A DNA stretch of 64,000 nucleotides, taken from the NCBI RefSeq assembly GCF_009914755.1, contig NC_060936.1; one strand, 5' to 3'. The stretch is from the human T2T-CHM13v2.0 reference genome, Homo sapiens. The notes below the pieces were generated by a model. The model was given only the letters and a program-made list of their open reading frames with translations, did no database searches and was not told where the DNA came from. The translations under genes and the position numbers were made by a program. Below are positions 1 to 15,958 of this stretch, piece by piece (position 1 is the stretch's first letter; each line of letters begins with the position of its first letter).

Positions 1-253
1 TTCCAATGCTGAAATGTTGGGATACTCTTTTTGCTGTTCTAAACACTTGCTTTCAGTGATCTTGGTTCTATCTTCATCTGCTGCTTAAGCATAAAAGCTC
101 GGTCAACATTCCTTTTCCATACTTTTTTTCTATGTTCCTCTTCAAATGTGTACATCCAACATAAAACATTTAACTGTATATACTTCTGTTTTTCTACAAT
201 ATGGTGACTGCGTTGACTGTATTTATGTAGTGCTTTAAAAAAAATCAGTAAGA

Positions 254-557
254 GCCAGGCATGGTAACTCATGCCTGGAATCCTAGCACTTTGGGAGGCA
301 AAGGCAGGAGGACTGCTTGAGCCCAGGAGTTTCAGACCAGTCTGAGCAATGTAGGAAGAGCCTGTCTCTACAAAATATATATTTTTAAAATTAGCCAGGC
401 ATGGTGGCATGCATTTGTGATCCCAACTACTGAGGAGACTGTGGTGGATCACCTGAGCCCAGGAGGTCGAGGTTGCAATGAGCCATGACCACACCACTGC
501 ATTCTAGCCTGAGAGACAGAGACTCTGTCTGAAAAATTGAAAAAAAAAAAGAAAAAA
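254..557 (+). mobile_element. Alu (AluJ-like)
   Basis: Diverged dimeric Alu with A tail. Confidence 0.9.
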
Positions 558-577
558 TCAATTAACATATTTTTCTT

Positions 578-1285
<708 letters not shown>

Positions 1286-1599
1286 GGCCAGAAAACAACT
1301 TTTATAAAAACACCAACAAAGCAGTAAAATATAGTCCAGATTCTCTGAACACAATGGAATTAACCTAGAAACCAACAATAAAAAGATAACTGAAAATATA
1401 CCTACCTCACATATTAAAAATACCTAATTCTAAACAGCCATGGATCAAAAAAAGTCATAATTAGTATTTACAGAAAATGTTATATTAAAAAAAGAGCCAT
1501 TTGTAACCTTAAATCGTTCTTTTAGAGAACAAAGACTGAGACAAGGAGCTTGGAATCCACCTTAAGACAATGAAAACAGCAATTCCACATTCATAACAC

Positions 1600-3340
<1,741 letters not shown>

Positions 3341-3861
3341 CTGTAGCCAAAGAAGCAAGTTCAGGTAAAAGAAGAAAGCTGGAAACAGGGCCCCACTTGG
3401 GGAAAGGTGAATACAAAATTGTAGACCCTCCCCATTACCTCTCAGCAAGGTCTAACCAGCTTAAAATCTTTACTGGGATTTGTACTGACATGCAATATAA
3501 CGATCCTTACCCACTTCAAGAAATGCCATCCTGATTCTTTGTACTGGCTTCTCCTGCAGACCACTTTGAGCTCTGGGTGAATGGGGCATGAGTTATTTTT
3601 AAAAATGTAAACTAAAGAGAACCAACCAGTAAAAAATGCATGGCTGTCAAATTAAATTTAATGTACTATTTGCTACTTTTTTAACTTTTGGGGACAGAAA
3701 AACAAACAATTTCCCTGTGAAACACACCTGTTTCATATAAATTTCTTCTATAACTTGTTTACAAGAATAACCTTACAGGACTGACAACTTGGCTGCTATC
3801 CTACCAATGAATTTTATTGAAGTTAAAGGTGTATATGTGACTTTGAAACAGATGTTCACTT

Positions 3862-4053
3862 CAATGAGAACATACGGACACAGGGTGGGGAACACGCACT
3901 GGGGCCTGTCGGGTGAGGGCAGCAGGGAGAGCATTAGGAAAAAGAGCTAATGCATGCCAGGCTTAATACCTAGGCGATGGGTTGATAGGTGCAGCACATG
4001 TTTACTTAACAAACCTGCGCATTCTGCACATGTACCCTAGAACTTAGAATAAA
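3862..4053 (+). mobile_element. 5'-truncated L1PA 3' end with target-site duplication
   Basis: L1PA 3' UTR motifs ending aacctgcgcattctgcacatgtaccctagaactta. TSD GAAACAGATGTTCA at 3845-3858 and 4054-4067. Confidence 0.9.
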
Positions 4054-4757
4054 GAAACAGATGTTCATTTGATTATTACTTCCAGTTTAACCTCCCTCCC
4101 CAAAGTCCATATTGTCATCTATGATAATTTATTCTATCTAACACTTGAATGGGGTCAAATGACAAAGGAAGAACCATGAACTGCATTCCCAAGTTTAGGA
4201 GTGAGGCACTAACTATTAACATTAGATATTGTACTTTCCTGGATAATTTTTATAATGGATTTAATATAAATAACAAAATAACATATAGCGTAAATACAAA
4301 AGATACATGCTTGGGGACTTTAAGGATCATGACAAATCACAAAACAATTTATTATACTAATATTTTTAAAGTTCTCACTTTTGGAAGACTAGGTAGTTAA
4401 CCGTCAAATGCAAGTCTTTTCTGTGAATACTGTACATCAATAGAACTCAGTTTTAATGGACAAAATTATAGAACTGACATTTTTATTTAGACAAAGATCT
4501 TTATCAGGTAGTCTATGTCCCTAAACCAGGAGCGTATATAGGTCTGTCACTTTAGGGAAACTCATTTAGAAATAGATTTTGTCTGATTTGTTTACTGCTA
4601 TATTCCTAGTACCTAGAAGAGTCCTCAGCCCATGGCAGAAACTCAACAATTTGAGTAAACCAAATGAACCTATGATAATTAAGGTTTTGTGCATGGGGGT
4701 ATTTTTTCCACACCCACACCCTTCTTTCAAGAAGGAAAAGGAAATTGTTAGGCTTCT

Positions 4758-5078
4758 GGGTTGGGTACAGGGGCTAATGCCTGTAATCCCAGCACTTTGG
4801 GAGACCAACGCGGAGGACTGCTACCAGACTGGGCAACATGGTGGGACTCTGGGTCTCTACAAAAAATTTAAATATTAGCCAACCATGGTGGCATGCGCCT
4901 GAAGCCCCAGCTACTCAGGAGGCTGAGATGGGAGGATCACTTGAGCCCAGGAGGTTGAGACTGCAGTGAACCATGTTCATGCTACCACACTCCAGCCTGG
5001 GCAACGGAGTGAAATCCTTTGCTTGAAAAAAAAAAAACAAAAACACACACAAACAACAACAACAACAACAACAACAAA
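4758..5078 (+). mobile_element. Alu (AluJ-like) with (CAA)n tail
   Basis: Alu homology with a flanking gttaggcttc duplication. Confidence 0.88.
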
Positions 5079-5299
5079 GTTAGGCTTCCTCTTCAAGAAA
5101 GAAAATCTGTTTGCCTTGTAGTAAAAGATATTAAGAATTGTATTGCAGGTTTAACCCTTCATTCCTCATAGTTTTCTTTCTTTTCTAGTTATAGCACTAA
5201 TTACAAACACTAAACAACTTTACTAAACAATAGGAAAAAATATTTGAATAAATGGCGAGATTCACTAGGTGAATCACCATGGGATTTTGATTAATCTAT

Positions 5300-6470
5300 G
5301 TATTTAATAGGGATTTCCTGAAATGTAGCTTTTAAAGTTTTATAGAAAACTAAAGATATATAAAAAATCAAGGCAAATACTTTAAAATGCCTTACCCTAT
5401 TATGTTTCAAAATACATTATAAATCTCTAGTAAGTAAAACAGAATGATATTAGGGCAATAATAGAAAACAAAACAGTATCTTCAGAAACAGATTCTGTGT
5501 AGCTAGACATTTAGTACATAACAAAGATGGCACTTTAAATCGGTGGGGGGAAGGATGAACTATTTAACAAATGATATCAAGACAAATGGCTTTCTGTTTG
5601 GAAAAAAACACACCCCTCACATTCACAAATTCCAGATGGATTAAAGATATGCATATGTGTTGAACAGGAATTCCAGAAGAGGAGAAAAAAGGGAACAGAA
5701 AAGAAGCAATGTGAGATATAATGAATGATTGTTTTTACTCCAAGATGAAAGAAGGATATATAAGTCCTTGATCTGAAAGCCTATATACCATGTGCCATGT
5801 AGAATACATTTTAAAAATACATCAGCTACCAGCTACACTGAAGGTAAACTAGAATATCAAGAATAATGTGTAAAACTTTAAAGTTACCGAAGAAAAAAGG
5901 CTAATTATCTACAAGGGAATATCAATTATACTGACTACAGACTTCTCAGTTGCAAAGATAGAGGCCAAAAAGGCAATAAAATAATATCTTCAAAGTACTA
6001 AAGGAAAACAACAACAACCTAGAATTCAATCGTATGCTAAAGACTGAGAGCAATATAAAAGGCCTTTTATATTGCTCTCAGTCTTTAGCATACGATTGAA
6101 TTCTAGGTTGTTGTTGTTTTATATGGGTGTTCTATATGGGTGTGTGTGTTAACCACTCAAGATAGTTCCTGAAGGAACTACTAAAAGGATGTAAGCTGAA
6201 CTCAGAAGAAAGCAGAGGGGTGTAGGAGTAAAACAAAAGCAAAGAAGGAATTCAGAGGAAACAATGTAAGAAACAGAAAACAACAAACTTCAAAGCAACA
6301 ACAGCATATTCAAAAGAGCACACAGCAAGGGATATTGGAATTAAAACAATATGGAGACATAATTTTTCTATGGAAAAACCATACAGACTTCAAATTGTAT
6401 AAACATTATCTGGACCATGAGTCAAAGAAATGAATTTTAAAAATTCACGAGAAAACGGAAAAATCTGAAC
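5300..6470 (+). mobile_element. ancient L1M fragments (ORF2 and ORF1 remnants)
   Basis: A-rich, with L1-like motifs such as gacttctca...aatatcttcaaagtactaaaggaaaa...aacctagaattc. Confidence 0.6.
6005..6120. repeat. perfect 116-bp palindrome (58-bp arms, no spacer)
   Basis: Checked base by base. Centre GG|CC at 6062/6063. Confidence 0.98.
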
Positions 6471-6780
6471 ACTGCCTATACATTAGTTACTTATTTTTTA
6501 GAGACAGGGTGTCACTATATTGGCCAGGCTAACCTTGAAATCCTGGCTTAAGTGATCCTCCACCTTAGCCTCTGGCCTCCTGAATGGCTGGGACTACAGG
6601 CATACCCTCCCCACCCCATCCCTTGGCTTTTGCCTATAAATTTGATATAAAGGAATTACAAATTTTGCAGGTGTGAGACTATCCTACTTAAAAAGGAGTA
6701 CTTATCATTCAGAGATGCATTCTGAAATATTTGCAAATAATATATAATGTCCAAGATTTGCTTCAAAATAGAACAATGGG

Positions 6781-7325
<545 letters not shown>

Positions 7326-7521
7326 ATAGGATGATTGGTACACTGTACTACTATATTTGTGTATGTGTTTGAAAACTTCATAATTTGAAAAATAATCAGA
7401 GAGATATTTCCTCTATGAAATAAGAATACAACTCTATGGATTTTTTTTAATTTCCCAGGAAGTTAAAAATTATAATTTAAAAACTCCCCAAAAAGGTACA
7501 AGGGTTAAAAGATAAACTTAG

Positions 7522-8157
<636 letters not shown>

Positions 8158-8285
8158 GCTGATCTAAAAGAAAAAGTAAGAATAAATAAAAAAAGACCAC
8201 TATATGAGCAATTTAAGGTACCCCAGATTACTCAGAGTTCCAGAAAGAAAAAACAAGAGGAAGAAACAAACAAGTACAGGAAAAC

Positions 8286-8580
8286 TTTTTTTTTTTTTTT
8301 TTTTTTTTGAGACGGAGTCGCCCAAGCTGGAGTGCAGTGGCACAATCTCGGCTCACTGAAACCTCTGCCTCCCGGGTTTAAGCAATTCTCTGCCTCAGCC
8401 TCCGAAGTAGCTGGGATTACAGGCGCCGGCCACCACGCCCGGCTAATTTTCTTATTTTTAGTAGTAGAGATGGGGTTTCACCATCTTGGCCAGCCTGGTC
8501 TTGAACTCCTGACCTCATGATCCACCCACCTCGGCCTCCCAAAATGTTGGGATTACAGGCGTGAGCCACGGTGCCCGGCC
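8286..8580 (-). mobile_element. Alu (AluS-like)
   Basis: PolyT followed by reverse Alu ending cccggcc. Confidence 0.92.
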
Positions 8581-9666
8581 AGAAACTTCTTATTCCTTAA
8601 AAAAACACAGTATCTAAGAACTGATCCATCAAAGCAAGTAATTTCTTTAAATAATTAGAACACACATCATCATGAAATTTTTGAATACCAAAGAGCTCCA
8701 AGAGATGATAAACAGATTACACATAAAAGAACAAGGTATGAAATAGGACTTCTCAACAGTAACAGTAACACTGCTCCATTTCCTATCTAGCTTCACTGGC
8801 TTTCAAAATTCTAATGGAAAGTAATTTCCTATTGAGATGTGTATACTCGGTGAAAACACCACACAAATGTGAGGAAAAAGTAATTTCTAATCATTTCTAC
8901 AACTTTAATATATGTAGATCATATGGACCCTTTCTTCAAGGCAGTTAAGATTACAATCCACCAAACAGGAATAGAAGTGCTTTACAGGAAACAGGAGATT
9001 TAACACAGAGGTGAGATGAGGAAATTGATGAGGGCAAAAGGGAAGCCCAGTGGTATGCCAGCGTGCTGCATGCCTACAGAGTAACTGATCAATCTACATT
9101 GCAGGGGGATGTCCAGGAAAGGAGAAAAGTGATAAGACTGTATGACAGATTAGCCCTTGAGGAAAATGGAACCAAAAGACATTTTACATAGATTTAAGAA
9201 AAACTAAGCAAATGAATAAAAAAGGCAGTCATTAAAAACAAGAAAGGTAAACCTTGCACAAGAAAGAAACATATTATGGCTCAGTACTAAAGAGTAGTCA
9301 TCAAATGAAAACACTGAACATATTTATCCAAAATTTGTGGGAGAACTACATTATAATATTTGTAAAATAATTACATTGTGATTTAAGGATGTAGAAAGAA
9401 GGCAGCCAAAGTTCTTATTTAACATGATAAAAATTTTAAAATAATGTCACAAATCGGTGAATAAAAAAATACTGAGAGGAGTTCGAAGCCAGAACTGCTT
9501 AAATATTTCCAAGTGGTTGCCACTGGGAAGAGATGGGGTTAAGGTGTTTCCTGTTTTTATTATGAGTCTTTTAACATATTCAGCTCTTAAAAATGTACAC
9601 ACACATTTCTTGGAGCACAAATAAAGAGTAGTAAATTAATTACCCAGTCAAATCAAGAAGCAGATG

Positions 9667-10161
<495 letters not shown>

Positions 10162-10535
10162 TTAAGAGCAAAACTTACTGTAATAGGACCCCCCTCCCCA
10201 AAAAAGACCAAAACAAAACAACAAAAAAACCAAAACCAAATCTACATTTTTGAAAAGACTATGTACACATATACCTTATAGGAGTAATCAAGAAAAAAAG
10301 GCCTAGATAATTAGGTTCAAAAAAGAAAAAAATAACAATTACAGCAGTAAAATATTAAAAAGTGGTGATTTTAAAAATCACCATAGAAATTACTTACAGT
10401 GATAAAATAGCATGGGCAATTTTATGCCAATAAATTTGAAAAATTAGATTAAAAACAATTATCTAGGAAAGGTATCTAAAACAGAATACGAACTAAAAAA
10501 CCTAATCAATGAGACTTTTTAAAAAATTGAGTCAG

Positions 10536-10838
10536 GGCCGGGTGCGGTGGCTCACGCTTGTAATCTCAGCGCTTTGGGAGGCCGAGGCAGGCTGATCACC
10601 TGAGGTCGGGAGTTCCAGACCAGCCTGACCAACATGGAGAAACCCCATCTCCACTAAAAATACAGAATTAGCTGGGCGTGGTGGCTCATGTCTGTAATCC
10701 CGGCAACTCACAAGACTGAGGCAGAAGAATCACTTGAACCCGGGAGGCGGAGGTTGCTGTGAGCCAAGATGGCGCCATTGCACTCCAGCCTGGGCAACAA
10801 AGAGCGAAACTCTGTCTCAAAAAAAAAAAAAAAAAAAA
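10536..10838 (+). mobile_element. Alu (AluSp-like)
   Basis: Diagnostic gaggtcgggag, catggagaaacc and caacaagagcgaaac. TSD aaaaaattgagtcag. Confidence 0.92.
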
Positions 10839-11542
10839 TTGAGTCAGAAGTTAAATGCGTACTAAATATTTTAAGACCAAATAGCACCAAACTTTTGGAG
10901 GCGGGCGGGGGGCGGTGAGGGGTGGTGACCTGTTTTACAGAATAGAAGAGAGACTGTGCTGTCCAAATTATTCATGAAGCTTGTAAAATCTTGTTAGTAT
11001 AACGGGCAAGGATAGTACACAAAAAGATTAAAACACAATCTTGTGAGCATAGGTGAAGTCAAAGGGAAACAGCCAATTGAATACACCAGAGTATTAAAGA
11101 AATAAAACCATATCGCATTCAACCACAGTATAAGGCAATAGGTGAAAAAAACGATGGCTGTGATTCAACTCATTACTAGGTTTAGAGATTCAAGAGAGGC
11201 TGCTGGACAGAGGCGTGCACCCTTTAGCCCTCCCGTGTTGCTTAGAGAAGGAGGCAAACGCGCATCCCCGGCCCCCCAGCGCTCCCTGCGTGGCACCCGC
11301 AGCCAGCCCGGGACCCCTCCGCCCCGCGCGCCCCTGGTCCCCACTCGCTCCCCGCGCTCCACTCGCACCCGGTAAGTAGCCCCTCCTCCCTCAAGGGCCT
11401 CTCCCACCGCCGCCTCCCGGGCAGGCTCCCTGCTGCTCAGACTCCCGTGAGGCGATCCCTGCACGCAGGAGAACTCAGCGGGCCAGGCTGATCCCACGAG
11501 GGACTTGTCCCGGGTGAACGAGCCACAGGCCCGCATGCTCAC

Positions 11543-11790
11543 CCGTCCTCAGTGCCTGCCTCCAGGCGTCCGCGGTCCCGCCCGAGGGGGACGCGAGGCC
11601 GAACTACGTTTCCCAGGAGCTCCTGCGCCGCCCCGCAGAGGGGCCTGGTCTGTGCGTCACGGACGCGCTCTGGGCCGAAGGCCCGCAGGGTCCGGCACAG
11701 AGTGGCGGCTGCGGCGCCGGCGACGAATCGCCGGCTCTAGGGTCCCGGGGCGCGCGGCTGACGGGCTGGGGGCGGAGCGTGGCCTGAACG
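11543..11790 (-). other. ZNF891: probable non-coding first exon of ZNF891
   Basis: Minus-strand donor CGG|GTGAGC at 11543/11542 inside the CpG island. The 5' end is estimated. Confidence 0.55.
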
Positions 11791-11939
11791 CCAGGCTGGG
11801 GCGCGTGCGTAACGGTGTGTGTTGTGGGTGCGTGTGCGTGCGTTCGCAGCAGGGGCGGGCGTAGGACCAATGGGGGCGGGGCGCGTGCGCGTGCGTGACG
11901 TCAGGCCACGGGGAGGTGGCGCCGCCGTGCCGAGCCGGC

Positions 11940-12070
11940 CTCAGACTCACCTCTGACGCCGCTCTTCGCGCTCCGCTGGTGAATGGAGTCGCGTTCTCTG
12001 TTTTGCTGTTGCTGCTGCCTTTGTGACGGGATCGCTTTCTCCCATCGAACCTTCTAGTTGCTTATTGCAG
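11940..12070 (+). other. ZNF10: ZNF10 exon 1 (5' UTR)
   Basis: Ends ...cttattgcag|GTATAT. Joined to exon 2 it gives the ALSPQHSAVTQGSIIKNKEG leader found in some KOX1-KRAB fusion constructs. Confidence 0.75.
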
Positions 12071-13585
12071 GTATATACGAAAGTGCTGAATTTTGTGTTT
12101 GCATCGTCATCAGGCGCGTGTTGAGCCCTTTAGTAATGTAGCAGTGTATTAGCTTCGTATTTCTAGGTAGACGGTAATTTCGTCAATGAAAAAATTTAAC
12201 GGTGATCGTCACCCCTTGCCTCAGTCACTTTCTGTCCCTCGCGCGGCCCCGGCGTTCACGGCGGACGTTCTTGTTCTGTGGAGAATAACGGCTGCACCTG
12301 GAGATTGACGCAGAGTGGGCGGCGGTGGTGGTAAGTTTGAACCAGATATTTTCAGTAATACAAAATAAGGTTTCTTCTAGTCTAACTTCCATTTTTCCCC
12401 CCAGCTGGGATAGATGTTTAAAATTTTGCATATGGCCTTTCTAGTATTTGTTGAAATAGTGACGCCGATTCGTGTGTGGTCTTTTAAAAACAAATCCTGC
12501 ATCTCTAGCTCTTAGCTTCCTCATCTTTGTTTTGTTTTTTAATCAGATAGATTAACTGAAGGCGTGTTTGTGTGGTTAATCTATTTTTTTTATTTTCAGA
12601 GACAGATCATAAGTTTAATTACTATATTTTTATTTTCCCTTGACACTAGATATATATACGCCATCTAACACATAATATGAGTGTCAAAGATAAGGTTAAC
12701 ATCAAGATTTCGTACGTAGATCCCACCCAAAGTGTATGCAGAAGGTGAACAATTTCAATTCCAGCTATACATTAATTGCAGAAAGATACTGTTAATTAAA
12801 AAAAAAAAAGTAAAAGGGAAGGCAGGATGTCACCCAGAATGCCAGCCAACAAGTGTTATTAGGTTAGAAATGACTGCAGTTAGGTCTCCGAGAACTGGAT
12901 AGCACAAATCCTCCCTACCCTTTTGAAAATTACCTCCACACTAACTTTTCTCTTGTGACATAACTAATCTCTTCTGTTTTACTAAAATTGTCCCCCATCT
13001 TCCAAAGCCTCTTGGATGGTAAGTTGCACACGCTCCTGCCTCTTTTTGAAAGTTACATTTGTTTTTTGATTACTTCTCTCAGCATGCATTTCTTTAGCTC
13101 TTAGTATATGCTAGTCACAAGGGCAGAGATTTGAGATACACATCATAAATTAAATGAGAATTTCTGCTTATCAGTATTTTATATAAGCACTGTCTGGAAA
13201 TTCTACTTAGGACAATATTTAAGTAGATATGAGGCTTACCTTCTGGAAAAGAGATTACAAAATTATCCTTGTTAATTAATTAACTAATTAAGTCCCCAAA
13301 ATGAGAAGAGATTCAATTACTATCAATAATTTGTAGTAAAGTGACTGAAAAGGAAATATATAAGCTAATAGATTGATTGCCGTCCTCAACAAGTTAGCAC
13401 ATACTTTTATTTTTAAAAAGTCTTCACAATAGGAAGAAAATAATTTTAGCTAGAAATATATGTGAACTATATGAGAAAAACTTCAAAACCTTACTAGGCA
13501 ATTCTTACTAGAAGAATAAAGGATGAGTAAGAATAAAAACAGTTCTGTTTATAGATTATATTCAATTGTCAAGAAAATCTGAGAA

Positions 13586-13843
<258 letters not shown>

Positions 13844-15146
13844 GTATTTTAAGGAAAAAGAAATTTCTTATTGTTAATATCTCTGTTGTGCCTACAAGAG
13901 ACTCTTTTACTTTCATCAGCAGTACTCTTTCTAGCATGTCTCATGTCAGCCAGGGCTTTTAATTCTTCTGGCTATGAAGCAAGGTTGGGACAAGATATGA
14001 TATAGGCCACCTTTGTCTGTGTATGTGCCTCTTTGACTCGTAATGAACATCCAAGAGCATTATTTTTTCCTCTTTCCACACAATATCTCCTTGCTGACTG
14101 ATCCTAACATTTCCTGTTCAAAATTTTATTATGAAGAATTTTGAGCATACAGCTAAATTAAAAGAAGTTTACAGTGAATACTTATAAACCTTCCCATCTA
14201 GACTCTACCATTAATATTTTACTGTACCTAATTTTAACACATACCCATCTGTCCCTCTTTTTATCCATCAGTTCATTGTATTTTTAAATTTTTTTCAAAG
14301 TAAATTGACATGGGTACGTATTCCTTAAAAATTTCAGAATACGTATGTATTATTAATTAGAATTCTATATTTGTTTAGATTTTTCTTTAGATGTAAAATT
14401 TACATAACATGAAAAGCGCAAATCTTAAGTGTACATTTGCTGAGTTTTGACAGATGCAGGATCTTTGCCTTTTGTATCTTTAAGTATATCTTTGCCATGT
14501 CTATTGGTTACCGAGTTTTAACTTTGTGGCTGCTGGGTCCTTTTTGCTGATCATACCTTGCCCTTTGCTGAAGCAAATACTGGTAAACCTATTCAGAACT
14601 TGAAGAGACCCTGTTCTCTTTATTAATGAACATGTACTCCATGTCCCCAAGTGAAATGCGGTTCCTGACGAGGTTGTACCTGTCAATGTGAGTGCTGGTT
14701 AAGTATAGTCACATGTCAGAGTGAATGAATATGAAGTGCTAAGCACTTTGCTAGCCTCTTCCCAGGATTTAGAATGAGATTGTCCTAATTCTTAAGTGGT
14801 TCACTATCTCATAAGGGAGACAGACAAATCTTGGTACCGTAAGGCAGCGTTGAAGTGCTGGAATAGGGCATGGGCAGAGTCCTTCATGTTTACGGATGAT
14901 AGAACCACTGATCCTCTCTGAGATAGTGGGAAGGCGTCACAGCATAGATGGCATTAAAGTGATCCTTAGAGAATATGGGGCAAGTGTAGTGGGAGTTAAG
15001 TTGAAAAGGGTCCAGAACGTTGTTGTGAAACTTGTACGCTAAGTGTTTGATTGGAGCTGTGCTTTGGAACTGCGTGTGCCTCAAATAGTAACTTTCATAG
15101 CCTTCTTGCCGATACTTGGAGCTTCTTTTCAGCCCATCTCTGCCCT

Positions 15147-15958
<812 letters not shown>

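Larger units (their letters stand above)
11200..12340. promoter_or_regulatory. bidirectional CpG-island promoter shared by ZNF891 and ZNF10
   Basis: Very high GC and CpG density. ZNF143/THAP11-type ACTACGTTTCCCAG at 11603-11616, CCAAT at 11867-11871, GC boxes at about 11852-11881, NRF1-like GCGCGTGCGC at 11881-11890 and a full CRE TGACGTCA at 11896-11903. Confidence 0.9.

Noticed and set aside
39-497. 152-aa minus-strand ORF
   Set aside because: Its first half is antisense Alu translation and the rest shows no recognisable domain. It lies in the probable ZNF891 3' UTR.
11142-11950. Overlapping Arg/Pro/Gly-rich ORFs on both strands
   Set aside because: They are expected from stop-codon scarcity in a CpG island.
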